From an uncultured Acidimicrobiia bacterium (GTDB lineage Bacteria > Acidobacteriota > Terriglobia > Versatilivoradales > Versatilivoraceae), in assembly GCA_963786955.1 (NCBI GenBank), contig CAWBAT010000006.1:768001-832000 (forward strand): a DNA stretch of 64,000 nt, in the 5' to 3' direction. Made by a program: the position numbers and the translations under genes. Position 1 is the first letter of the stretch. Each line of letters starts with the position of its first letter. This document shows, in pieces, positions 9,120 through 18,910 of this stretch. The notes under the pieces are model-generated. The model was given only the letters and a program-made list of their open reading frames with translations. It made no database searches and was not told where the DNA came from.

Positions 9120-10784
9120 CTAGATCGTCTTCTTCTCGGCCAGTCCTGTGACGGCTGATGAATTGCCCGTTGTTTCCTGGGAACGTTGCTTCCGGTGCGC
9201 ATAGGCAGCACCAATGAACGCTCTAAACAACGGGTGTGAGGTTAAGGGCTTGGATTTGAACTCCGGGTGAAACTGGCAACCTACAAACCAGGGATGATTC
9301 TCGACTTCAACCACTTCAACAAAATTGTTGTCCGGAGAGACTCCTACAATTCTCAACCCATGCGCCACTAAAGTCTCTTCATATTCCCGATTGAATTCGT
9401 AACGGTGCCGATGCCGTTCCGAAATTTCCAGTTGGTCATAAGCCTCTTGGGTTTTGGAGCCCGGCGTCAACATACAGGGGTAGGCTCCCAACCGCATGGT
9501 TCCACCGAGATCATCAATTCCTCGGAGTTCTCGCAACTTATAAATCACGCGATGCGGGGTTGCCGGATTGAACTCCGAACTGTCAGCGTCTACCAGTTCA
9601 CACACGTTTCGGGCAAATTCGATGACCGAACATTGCATTCCTAAACAAATTCCAAAAAATGGAACTCTTTCCTCTCTAGCATAACAGATGGCACGGACCA
9701 TTCCTTCAATGCCACGCTTGCCAAATCCTCCGGGAACCAGGATGCCGTCATACCGACGCAACTGTTCTCTCCAACTCTCCCCTTCCACGCCTTCCGCCTC
9801 TATCCAGCGAAGCGAGGTTCGGAGATTATGAGCTAACCCGGCATGGACGAGCGCTTCTTTTAAACTTTTGTAAGACTCCTCGAACTCAACATATTTTCCA
9901 ACAATCGCAATTTCTACCTCGTCCGCAGGGTTCTTGATCCGTTCCATGAGTTCGTGCCACTGGCTCATGTTCGATTCACGAACGGGGAGATTCAAATGTT
10001 TCAAGATGATCTCGTCGAGGCCTTCCGCCGCGAGTACCAGAGGAACTTCATAGATCGATTCCACATCTTTTGCCGTGATCACGGCGTCATCGTCCACCGA
10101 GCAAAACAGGGCGATTTTGGATTTCAGATCCTTGGGCAGAAACCGGTCCGTGCGGCACAACAAAATGTCGGGTTGAATACCAATCTCGCGCAATTGCTTC
10201 ACACTGTGCTGGGTAGGCTTTGTTTTCAGTTCGCCGGCCGCGCCAATGAACGGAACCAATGTTAAATGGACAAACAGTGAGTTTTCTCTCCCCACATCTT
10301 GCCGCATCTGGCGGATGGCTTCCAAAAAGGGTAAGGATTCGATATCTCCAACCGTGCCGCCAATCTCAACAATGGCGACATCCACATCGACACTGATCTT
10401 CTTAATGGCCGATTTAATTTCATTAGTGACATGGGGAATGACCTGAACCGTCTTACCCAAATAATCGCCACGCCGTTCTTTGTGAATGATAGATTCATAA
10501 ATCTTGCCGGTAGTCAGATTGTGATCCCGTGTCAATCGTGAATTAGTAAACCGCTCATAATGGCCCAAATCCAAATCCGTTTCCGCTCCATCGTCTGTCA
10601 CAAACACTTCGCCGTGCTGGTAAGGACTCATGGTCCCCGGGTCCACATTCAAATAAGGGTCGAACTTTTGCAGAGTCACCCGGTAACCTCTGCTTTCTAA
10701 CAACCTCCCGATGGAGGCAGCCGCCAAGCCCTTCCCCAATGAGGACACTACACCACCCGTCACGAAGATGAATTTTGTTGCCAT
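9120..10784 (-). CDS. pyrG: CTP synthase
   Basis: [56 protein letters not shown]. Confidence 0.99.
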   Translation of the reverse strand: MATKFIFVTGGVVSSLGKGLAAASIGRLLESRGYRVTLQKFDPYLNVDPGTMSPYQHGEVFVTDDGAETDLDLGHYERFTNSRLTRDHNLTTGKIYESIIHKERRGDYLGKTVQVIPHVTNEIKSAIKKISVDVDVAIVEIGGTVGDIESLPFLEAIRQMRQDVGRENSLFVHLTLVPFIGAAGELKTKPTQHSVKQLREIGIQPDILLCRTDRFLPKDLKSKIALFCSVDDDAVITAKDVESIYEVPLVLAAEGLDEIILKHLNLPVRESNMSQWHELMERIKNPADEVEIAIVGKYVEFEESYKSLKEALVHAGLAHNLRTSLRWIEAEGVEGESWREQLRRYDGILVPGGFGKRGIEGMVRAICYAREERVPFFGICLGMQCSVIEFARNVCELVDADSSEFNPATPHRVIYKLRELRGIDDLGGTMRLGAYPCMLTPGSKTQEAYDQLEISERHRHRYEFNREYEETLVAHGLRIVGVSPDNNFVEVVEVENHPWFVGCQFHPEFKSKPLTSHPLFRAFIGAAYAHRKQRSQETTGNSSAVTGLAEKKTI

Positions 10785-11533
10785 GCTTGCTCCTTTAAGA
10801 ATTCGTTGATCCGTTCGAGATCATCCGGCGTATCCACGGCCAAGGGTTGATAGGTTGTATTGATGACTTTGATCTGATAACCATTTTCCAAAAAACGGAG
10901 TTGTTCCAGAGATTCCGAGTCTTCCAAAGATGATCTCTCGAGCTTGGGGAGTTGCTCGAGAAAAGACTTCCGATACGTGTAGAGTCCCATATGCCTCTTG
11001 AAAACCGAAGCACTCTTTAGAACTAAATTCGAGTGGGGTGAATAGGGAATCGGGGATCTGGAAAAATAGAGCGCGAAGCCTTTTCGGTCCGTCACGACTT
11101 TGACGATATTCGGGTTGTAAAGGTCATCCTCCAAAGTAATGGGATGACACAACGTAGAAATCATTAACCCCGGCTCCGTATCAAAGGGTTCAATCATCGC
11201 GTCAATACAAGCCGGATCGATAAAAGGCTCATCCCCTTGCACATTCACAATGAGATCGGCTTCCTGCTGACAGGCAACTTCTGCAACCCGGTCGGTGCCG
11301 GAAGTGTGCCCGGTCGAAGTCATCCAGGCCTCCCCTCCAAATTCTTCGACAACTCTCAGGATCCGATCATCATCGGTCGCAACGATCACGCGCCCTATCC
11401 GAGAGGACTGGCAAACCTTTTCGTACACATGCTGAATCATGGGTTTCTGGTTAATGGCCACCAGGGGTTTTCCAGGGAAGCGGGTGGAATGGTACCGGGC
11501 AGGAATTATGGCGATCGCCTTCTGCGGATTCAT
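10760..11533 (-). CDS. kdsB: 3-deoxy-manno-octulosonate cytidylyltransferase (CMP-KDO synthetase)
   Basis: [46 protein letters not shown]; probable ATG at 11533; overlaps pyrG start. Confidence 0.95.
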   Translation of the reverse strand: MNPQKAIAIIPARYHSTRFPGKPLVAINQKPMIQHVYEKVCQSSRIGRVIVATDDDRILRVVEEFGGEAWMTSTGHTSGTDRVAEVACQQEADLIVNVQGDEPFIDPACIDAMIEPFDTEPGLMISTLCHPITLEDDLYNPNIVKVVTDRKGFALYFSRSPIPYSPHSNLVLKSASVFKRHMGLYTYRKSFLEQLPKLERSSLEDSESLEQLRFLENGYQIKVINTTYQPLAVDTPDDLERINEFLKEQAWQQNSSS

Positions 11534-11948
11534 GGGTTCGATGGGGTTGATTTCACTTTCGTCCTTCCTGAAACACGTGCGCGTGACACGAAATTGAAAA
11601 CATGAGTTCTCCGGGCAGGCATTCACCCTCTCACAATTTTTTCATCTTTGTTCAAATTGGCATCAAGATCAAGAGATTTTTCCGGAGGGACGAATCATGA
11701 TTGAGAGACATTTTTGAGATCCATGCAACGCTCCCTCCCATCCCATTTTGGGACGATTTTCTCAGCCATACGCGACTTCCTATTTGATTCAGGGGACACT
11801 CAGCGAGGACAAGTCATTCCCGGTTTTCCAAGATCCCATTATCCCAAATGCGGGCTACCTGACTGCGCGCATCCTAATTGGAAAACTCAATGACAAATCT
11901 GATAACATTATTGGAAATTCTCTCCATAGTCGGAGGTCGCTGAGACAG

Positions 11949-12272
11949 ATGAAACCAATACCCAATGCCGGGATGGCACTACTCCAGGCCATGGCCACTT
12001 TGGTGGAGTTTCCGCTCCTGGCGACTTTTCCATTTCTAGTCTTAACCGGTCTGTACTGGTGGACCAAACGACGTTTTATTCTCATGGTCGCCCTGTGCTG
12101 GGTTTGCTATGTTCCCTACGAATATGGGATGAAATGGCGCTTGTTTTGTAGTGGGGAGTGTAACATTCGGGTCGATCTTTTGCTCATTTACCCGGCCTTG
12201 GCGCTGATGTCAGTGATTTCAATCGGGTTGGCAATTCGTGCCCTCTTTACAATCACTCTCACTGAGAATTAG
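11949..12272 (+). CDS. hypothetical membrane protein
   Basis: 3 hydrophobic segments with a YEY...C.GECNIRVDLLLIYP motif; RBS GGAGG upstream of 11949. Confidence 0.65.
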   Translation: MKPIPNAGMALLQAMATLVEFPLLATFPFLVLTGLYWWTKRRFILMVALCWVCYVPYEYGMKWRLFCSGECNIRVDLLLIYPALALMSVISIGLAIRALFTITLTEN

Positions 12273-12284
12273 GAGGTTGATCCG

Positions 12285-12680
12285 ATGCCGCACCTTGACG
12301 GCGTTTTGGAAACATCTCTCTATGTCACCGATCTGGAATGTTCTGTCCAATTTTACAGCAAGATCTTTGGCTTTGAAATCATTGACGCTGGCGAGAGGCT
12401 GTATGCCCTGGGTGTTCCGGGCCGGCAAATCCTGCTCTTGTTTAAAAAGGAGGCCTCCGCGAACCTGGCATTGGGAGCCCACGATGGGGATGGCGAGTTG
12501 CATCTGGCATTTGCTATTCCGAAAGCTGAACTGGTGGCTTGGGAAGTCTGGCTCGAGCAGCAAGGAGTGGTCATTGAATATCGGCGAGTGTGGGAACGAG
12601 GAGGACACAGCTTATATTTCCGAGATCCAGACAGGCACCTGATCGAATTGGCGACACCTGGCGTCTGGTCCATCTATTAG
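12285..12680 (+). CDS. VOC (glyoxalase/bleomycin-resistance) family protein
   Basis: VLETSLYVTDLE, HLAFAI, SLYFRDPDRHLIELATPG; RBS AGGAGG. Confidence 0.9.
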   Translation: MPHLDGVLETSLYVTDLECSVQFYSKIFGFEIIDAGERLYALGVPGRQILLLFKKEASANLALGAHDGDGELHLAFAIPKAELVAWEVWLEQQGVVIEYRRVWERGGHSLYFRDPDRHLIELATPGVWSIY

Positions 12681-13072
12681 GCCGAGTTCACAGGGAAAAT
12701 GGGTGCCTGCCTGAATAGGTCGATTGGTCACTTCCGGATACGATTCAGCCGGCTCATTTCCCTCATGACCATTCCAATCGTGAGGATTCATCAAGGGTTA
12801 GAGGGCCTTAAAGCTGCCTATGCTCTGTCACCAGCGAGAGGAAGAATATTTCGATAAAGATTTCTCCTCCTCGCTGCTGTCATTGCCTTTAAAAAGCCAC
12901 TTTCCTTAGACCCGTTCATGAGCCGTTATGGACTGCTCACCGCTTTCTTCTGCCTGCAGAACTTTCCCGTGGTAGCATAGAATTTGGGGTAGGAGTTTGA
13001 AGAATCTTGTCTAAGCGGCAACGAGGTTGCAGAAGTTGCCACTCCAACTATTTTTATCTATAATTCTTCCGG

Positions 13073-14149
13073 GTGCAGAGGATGCGTAAACGAAATTCTC
13101 CATCCTTCAGAGTGGCCTTGCAGAGAATCTTCTTCAAGGGTCCGTTGGAGATTGGAGTAAGCGATCGAAGCAGAAAAAGGGGACTAGGGTTTTGTCGCCT
13201 TGTGCTGCTGATTTTCGTTTTCTTTATGGGAGGACGGATCTATCGGCATTATGCCCAGGAAGCCACCCCACCGCACACCAGCGAATCCATTTCAGAACAG
13301 AAAACCCCAACCCCTTCCATCAAGGTCGATGTCGATCTCGTTTTGATCAACGCTACGGTCACGGATCCGAGCAACCGCTTTGTCACAGGACTTGAAAAGG
13401 AGCATTTTCAGCTCTTTGAAGACAAAGTCGAGCAAAAAATCACTGAATTCAGTAACGAAGATGTTCCGACCTCCATTGGCGTGTTATTTGATGTCAGTAG
13501 CAGCATGAGCGACAAGATAGGCCGAGCCAAAGATGCCGCTATCGCATTTTTGAAAACAGGGAATCCCGAAGACGAATTTTTCCTGATTACCTTTGCTGAT
13601 CGCCCTCAAGTGGACGAAGAGTTTACCAGCGACCTCAGTTCTATTCAGAACCGTTTGGCCTACAAAGCCGCCAAAGGTTGCACCACGATATATGACGCGG
13701 TTTATCTTGCTTTGGAGAAGATGAAGAAAGGACACAATCCCAAGAAGGCAATCCTGGTCGTTACGGATGGCGAGGACACTTGTAGCCGGTACTCGCTCGT
13801 CAATGTCCGAAATGCCGTGAAAGAATCGGATGTTCAAATCTATGCCATTGGGATCGTGAGCTCTTTTTACTCTGATTTTGCGCAGGGCCGCTCCGGAAGG
13901 GCTGTGCTCGAGGAAATGACAGAAATTACTGGAGGAAGGGCCTATTTCCCAAACTCAGTTTACGAACTGGAAGATATCTGTACGAAGATCGCTATTGAGT
14001 TGAAAAACCAATATATTCTCGGCTACTCTTCCTCCAATACCTCCAAAGATGGGCGGTGGCGCAAGGTAAAGGTAAAATTAATTACCCCCAAAGGGTTGCC
14101 TTCCCTTTCTATCCGTGCCAAGACTGGCTATTTTGCACCCAGTGGTTGA
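13073..14149 (+). CDS. VWA domain protein, acidobacterial VWFA-related type
   Basis: IKVDVDLVLINATVTD, MIDAS DVSSSM, VVTDGED, QYILGY...DGRWRKVKV...RAKTGYFAP; true start uncertain. Confidence 0.88.
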   Translation: MQRMRKRNSPSFRVALQRIFFKGPLEIGVSDRSRKRGLGFCRLVLLIFVFFMGGRIYRHYAQEATPPHTSESISEQKTPTPSIKVDVDLVLINATVTDPSNRFVTGLEKEHFQLFEDKVEQKITEFSNEDVPTSIGVLFDVSSSMSDKIGRAKDAAIAFLKTGNPEDEFFLITFADRPQVDEEFTSDLSSIQNRLAYKAAKGCTTIYDAVYLALEKMKKGHNPKKAILVVTDGEDTCSRYSLVNVRNAVKESDVQIYAIGIVSSFYSDFAQGRSGRAVLEEMTEITGGRAYFPNSVYELEDICTKIAIELKNQYILGYSSSNTSKDGRWRKVKVKLITPKGLPSLSIRAKTGYFAPSG

Positions 14150-14197
14150 GGAGTTGCCTTTACCAATTCTTGCATTTTCTGAAGGAACGAGCCCTCG

Positions 14198-15139
14198 ATG
14201 ACAAAACGTCACTATGCTCTTTTGCTCTTTATCCTTTCCATTTACTTACTGGGTGCTCCATTTGCTGCCCAAGAGAAGAAGAAAGGTAAGGACTCCGACT
14301 ACACCCTGAGCGTGGAGGTCAATTTTGTTCTGCTCCACGTTTCTGTGTTCGACGACAAAGATCATCTTTTGAAGGGCCTCAAAAAGGAAGATTTTGAAGT
14401 CTTTGAAGACAAGATTCAGCAGGATGTGTCGCTTTTCAGAGAGGAAGATGCTCCCGTCTCGTTGGGTCTGGTGATTGACAATAGCGGCAGCATGCGAACA
14501 AAAAGGGAGCGGGTCAATAAGGCCGCGATGACTTTTGTCAAGACTTGCAATCCACAAGATGAGATTTTTCTGATTAATTTCAACGATCAAGTTTATATCG
14601 ACCAGGATTTCACGAAGAACATCGATGACCTGGCTGAAGTCCTGGACAACATAGACACTCGAGGTGGAACGTCCTTGTACGACGCTCTCTACCTCTCCTT
14701 GGAACACATCCGGGAAGGCAAGGAGGATAAGAAAGCGCTGTTGGTCATCTCTGACGGCGAAGACCGTGATAGTCGTTATAAATTTGAGACAGTTCTTGAA
14801 ATTGCACGGGAGTCGCAGGCCTGCATTTACGTGGTGGGCCTTTTCGACAAGGAAGGAGAGCGATCCAGGGCTCAGAAGAAGGCGGTTAGCAATTTCAAAG
14901 AATTGGCAGCAGACTCCGGCGGGAAATGCTTCTTCCCGGAGTCTGTCGACGAAGTTGAATCCATTTGCCGCCAGATCGCCCATGAAATCCGCAATCAATA
15001 CACGATCGGATACAAACCAACCAATGCCAAACGCGACGGAACATGGCGAACCGTATCAGTCCGTCTGAACGCCGCCAAAAACTCCAAGAAGCTGGTCGCT
15101 CGAACAAAGCGTGGGTATTATGCTCCGACTGAGAGTTAA
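14198..15139 (+). CDS. VWA domain protein, acidobacterial VWFA-related type (paralog)
   Basis: Signal peptide, DNSGSM, ISDGED, QYTIGY.P...DGTWR...RTKRGYYAP. Confidence 0.9.
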   Translation: MTKRHYALLLFILSIYLLGAPFAAQEKKKGKDSDYTLSVEVNFVLLHVSVFDDKDHLLKGLKKEDFEVFEDKIQQDVSLFREEDAPVSLGLVIDNSGSMRTKRERVNKAAMTFVKTCNPQDEIFLINFNDQVYIDQDFTKNIDDLAEVLDNIDTRGGTSLYDALYLSLEHIREGKEDKKALLVISDGEDRDSRYKFETVLEIARESQACIYVVGLFDKEGERSRAQKKAVSNFKELAADSGGKCFFPESVDEVESICRQIAHEIRNQYTIGYKPTNAKRDGTWRTVSVRLNAAKNSKKLVARTKRGYYAPTES

Positions 15140-15280
15140 TGCTCTCCAGAGGGAATAGGGTCAAAGAAGCTTTGGAAACTTGGCAAATGTGGGTAATACC
15201 TGAGTGCTTCCCGCCGCACCGAGCGACGTAAGTTTCCTGATCTCCCGGACGATGAAAGTAATCCGTCAAGGGCCGCATGA

Positions 15281-15426
15281 CTTAGAGCTGCGTTTCATAA
15301 ATAAACTCACACAACTTCGAACTGGCCGCAGAGAGTGTTGGGACGCGCGCGGGAGCGTGCGTCCCAACCATTAGACAGCCGAAATCCTATCAATCCGTGG
15401 CCGTATTTATGAACCGGAGCACTTAG
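15281..15426. mobile_element. about 146 bp MITE with CTTAG ends and a central hairpin
   Basis: 23 bp IR (19/23) CTTAGAGCTGCGTTTCATAAATA / TATTTATGAACCGGAGCACTTAG; 14 bp hairpin at 15337-15368. Confidence 0.65.
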
Positions 15427-15595
15427 GGATTACTCCGCCCAATGTTCCTTTTTCCACATGACGAAATCCTTAAATCCATTAATCGGGAAAGAAGAGTTGT
15501 GGCTTGACTCCCAGATGCCGAGGCGTTGCCAATCGCAACCTATTCGAGTTACTATGTAGCCGCGACTCAATCCCTTTCAACAGGAGGAAAATGCG

Positions 15596-16018
15596 ATGGG
15601 CATGATGAAAGAATTCAAGGAATTTGCGGCGAAAGGCAACATGCTGGATATGGCCGTCGGCATCATTGTAGGCGCGGCTTTCGGAAAGATTATCACTTCT
15701 TTAGTGAGCGATGTTTTGATGCCTCCTGTCGGACTGATCATTGGAGGTGTCGACTTTAAGACTCTGAAGCTGACATTGAAGCAAGCAGTAGGAGACACCG
15801 CGGCAGTAACGCTGAATTATGGAGTCTTCATCCAGACAATCGTCGATTTCGTGATTGTCGCCTTTGCCATTTTCCTTCTCATCAAAGGTGTCAATGCTAT
15901 GAGGAAAAAGCAGGAAGAAGCCCCTGCGGCGCCTGCACCTCCCACTCAGGAGATTTTGCTCGGTGAAATCCGTGACCTCCTGAAGATTCGTTCCCTGGGC
16001 ACCGGTTCCTCGCGGTGA
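15596..16018 (+). CDS. mscL: large-conductance mechanosensitive channel
   Basis: [50 protein letters not shown]. Confidence 0.97.
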   Translation: MGMMKEFKEFAAKGNMLDMAVGIIVGAAFGKIITSLVSDVLMPPVGLIIGGVDFKTLKLTLKQAVGDTAAVTLNYGVFIQTIVDFVIVAFAIFLLIKGVNAMRKKQEEAPAAPAPPTQEILLGEIRDLLKIRSLGTGSSR

Positions 16019-16111
16019 AAACCTGAGCCCATTCATTAGATCGGGCCAATGGAGAACTTGACTGTAAGCCGTGTAGGGATATCCTCGTGTTTCATTTTCG
16101 ATTTCTTGAAT

Positions 16112-17860
16112 TTATTTCTGGATCAGCTTCAGGAATTGATTCAGAGGAAGGGTATTGGCAACGTCCGACTTCTCCAGCCAGCCGCGGCGGGCTTGATCAA
16201 CTCCATATCGCATATACTGAAGATCAGAACTTCGATGTGAATCGGTATTGATAACGATTTTCACCCCTGCCTGTTTGGCTAACTGCAGATGATAATCCTG
16301 TAGGTCCAATCGCTCCGGGTGAGCATTCGCTTCCAGCAAGACACCTTCTTCCTTCGCAATCCTAACGACTTCTTCTATATCCAAAAGATAAGGCTCTCGC
16401 TGATTGATCAGCCGGCCTGTTGGGTGGCCCAGGATATTGACCTTGGGATGACGCATTGCTCGGATAATGCGACGGGTCATTTCGGCCTTAGTCAGATTGA
16501 ATTTAGAATGGACTGAAACTAAAACCACATCCATCTGTTCGAGAATCGTGTCTTCAAGGTCCAGTGAGCCGTCGGCAAGGATATCTATTTCAGCTGACTT
16601 AAGGATTCGAATTTCCGGGAAGCGTTTCTGCAGTCGGTCTATTTCTTTAAATTGCTTCTTGAACTCCTCAGGTTTCAAGCCGCCTGCTACCCGAACCGCC
16701 TGACTGTGGTCTGTCAAGGCCATGTATTGGTACCCGCAACGGCCACACGCTTCGATCATCTCGGACAAGGTGTTCTTACCGTCGCTGTATTTCGAATGCA
16801 TCTGCAGGTCGCCCTTGATGTCCTTCAATTCAACCAGCTTGGGGAGACGCCCGCTGGCAGCCGCCTCGACTTCTCCACGGTTTTCCCTAAGTTCGGGAGG
16901 AATCCATGAAAGCCCGATGGAATGGAAGACTTCTTCTTCTGTTTTTCCCCCGACTTGATCGTCCCCACGAAAAACACCGTATTCGTTGATCTTCAATCCC
17001 TGATTGTGCCCGATCCCGCGAATGGCAATATTGTGCGCCTTGGAGCCTGTAAAGTAATGCATGGCGGCTCCATAACTTTCCTGGGAAAGTAATCGAAGGT
17101 CAACCTGAAGGCCGGAATGCAAGCGGACAGAGCTTTTGGTAGAGCCTTGTGCCAAAACCTCTTTGATTTCTGAAAATCTGATGAAGTGACTCATCATGTC
17201 AGAATTTCCAGAAGTGGTCGCAAGAATGTCGAGGTCTCCGACCGTTTCACAACGGCGTCGATAACTGCCAGCCGGTTCCAAAGCGACGATTCCTTGGGCG
17301 TTTCTGAGAAAATCCAATAGCAATTTGACATAATGATCCGCGTCAACAATTCGGAATCGACCGATTCTTGACTTAACCTCTTCAATGCCTTTGAGGATCG
17401 AGGTTTTCAAGGCTTCCCCGAATCCTCGAAGTCCATCCAGCTTCCCACTCCCAACCGCTTCACTCAACTGATCCATCGTTGTGATCCCGAGCGACTGCCA
17501 GAGCTGGTTGACCCGTTTCGCCCCCAAGCCAGGGATTCTCAGGATTTCCAGCAAGGACGGGGGGACTTGGGCACGCAGATCTTTGAGAAACTGCAGTTCG
17601 CCGGTCCGATGGATCTCGACAATCTTAGCGGCCAGATCTTTGCCAATACCAGGAATCTCGGTCAGTGACATTTCCCCTCGAAGCAAAAGAGGTTCCACGG
17701 ATTGTGTCAATGTCTCCAAAGTCTTGGCAGCATTTCTGTAAGCGCGTATCCGGAAAGGATTGGCTTTTTCAATTTCCAGAAGGTTGGCGATTTCCTCGAA
17801 GATATAGGCATAGTCAATGTTTTCCATGGATTTATCGGCGACTGGATATTTCAATACCAT
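16112..17860 (-). CDS. polX: DNA polymerase X with PHP domain
   Basis: NPFRIRAY, GSYRR..ETVGDLDIL, YFTGSKAHN, PPELRE, DLQMHSKYSDG, TDHS, HPTGR, NTDSH; start may be 17827. Confidence 0.95.
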   Translation of the reverse strand: MVLKYPVADKSMENIDYAYIFEEIANLLEIEKANPFRIRAYRNAAKTLETLTQSVEPLLLRGEMSLTEIPGIGKDLAAKIVEIHRTGELQFLKDLRAQVPPSLLEILRIPGLGAKRVNQLWQSLGITTMDQLSEAVGSGKLDGLRGFGEALKTSILKGIEEVKSRIGRFRIVDADHYVKLLLDFLRNAQGIVALEPAGSYRRRCETVGDLDILATTSGNSDMMSHFIRFSEIKEVLAQGSTKSSVRLHSGLQVDLRLLSQESYGAAMHYFTGSKAHNIAIRGIGHNQGLKINEYGVFRGDDQVGGKTEEEVFHSIGLSWIPPELRENRGEVEAAASGRLPKLVELKDIKGDLQMHSKYSDGKNTLSEMIEACGRCGYQYMALTDHSQAVRVAGGLKPEEFKKQFKEIDRLQKRFPEIRILKSAEIDILADGSLDLEDTILEQMDVVLVSVHSKFNLTKAEMTRRIIRAMRHPKVNILGHPTGRLINQREPYLLDIEEVVRIAKEEGVLLEANAHPERLDLQDYHLQLAKQAGVKIVINTDSHRSSDLQYMRYGVDQARRGWLEKSDVANTLPLNQFLKLIQK

Positions 17861-17949
17861 TCAAAGGGGATCCATCCTGCCCGACTCCCGCTTCGAGAGA
17901 CCAGTCCGAAACTATGCCTGCTACGATCCTGTCCTTCACTAGTTCAGTC

Positions 17950-18663
17950 TTACGGAAGGCTGCCCTGGGCCAACAGCCAGGGATGAATCTCAATCGCGAA
18001 TCGGCCCGCCTTAACGGCCGGGTCGGTTTCGGACCAGGATTTTGCTTCCTGTAATGAATTCAATTTGAACACATAGATCCCTCGTAATTGCCCTCCATTT
18101 TCGAGAGGCCCAGCGATGACGAGTTTGCCTGTCTCCCCCATCCTCCTAATGTTCGCCATGTGCGCTTCCTGAAGTTTCTTGACCTCAGGTGTAATCTCAG
18201 GCGTCCATTCGGGGCCGCGAACCAGCAAACCGAAAAAGTAGGTCTCCTTAGGAGTGACCACTTTTGGCTTTTTCATGATCCCTGTCCCTGCATACCACGC
18301 ATAGATTTCAGCCCTCAGCATCCCCACTTGAACCGCTGGATCGCTTTCGACGATGGATTGGGCCTGTTGCATGGTCGTCGCACTCGATACGATGATGGCC
18401 CGCAGATCACTTTCATCTGTTACGAACCCTGAAACCAAAACTTGGTCCGATTGGATCAAGCCATCGAAAAATTCTTGATGGGCTACCTCTATAGATTGGA
18501 CTTCTGTTGACGACCTTGCCTTCCAATCTGGATTTCTTTTTATAAAGACCAGCTGAAAGGTCGTCATTTCCTCAACTGCCTCCCCTACTATTTTGGCAGT
18601 ATTGATCCACGAGAAAACGGTGATTAAAGCAAGGGTGACCCAGTAGGATAGCCCTACTCTCAT
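17950..18663 (-). CDS. secreted protein with tandem YciI-like domains
   Basis: Two repeats ending DPAV.(V/A)G; AHMANI...GKLVIAGP; signal-like N-terminus; RBS GGAGGAG before 18663. Confidence 0.75.
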   Translation of the reverse strand: MRVGLSYWVTLALITVFSWINTAKIVGEAVEEMTTFQLVFIKRNPDWKARSSTEVQSIEVAHQEFFDGLIQSDQVLVSGFVTDESDLRAIIVSSATTMQQAQSIVESDPAVQVGMLRAEIYAWYAGTGIMKKPKVVTPKETYFFGLLVRGPEWTPEITPEVKKLQEAHMANIRRMGETGKLVIAGPLENGGQLRGIYVFKLNSLQEAKSWSETDPAVKAGRFAIEIHPWLLAQGSLP

Positions 18664-18910
18664 GGACTCCTCCAAAAAAATAGCTCTTACTTGTACGCGT
18701 TCCAGGATTCTCGAATTCGAATTGAAGGTGAATGAGTTTCGAACTGGCGCCGCAATTGTGTTCCTTCGACCAACTTGGTATCCTTTGGGTTTCTGTTCCT
18801 TCCCATGTAAGCAGCTATTCTGTTTCTATGGATTGAGGATAGCCAAAATCTTCAGTCTTTTGTAGTAAATGATTCAGCAATTAACCGTTTATTGAAAAGG
18901 GACCCGTCCC

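Noticed and set aside
14246-14998. Long antisense ORFs (also 23648..24397, 32808..33386, 60972..61583)
   Set aside because: They lie opposite well-supported genes and show no recognisable motifs
18744-18760. sigma54-like TGGCGC...TTGTG upstream of the CoA ligase
   Set aside because: The -12 position is GT, not GC
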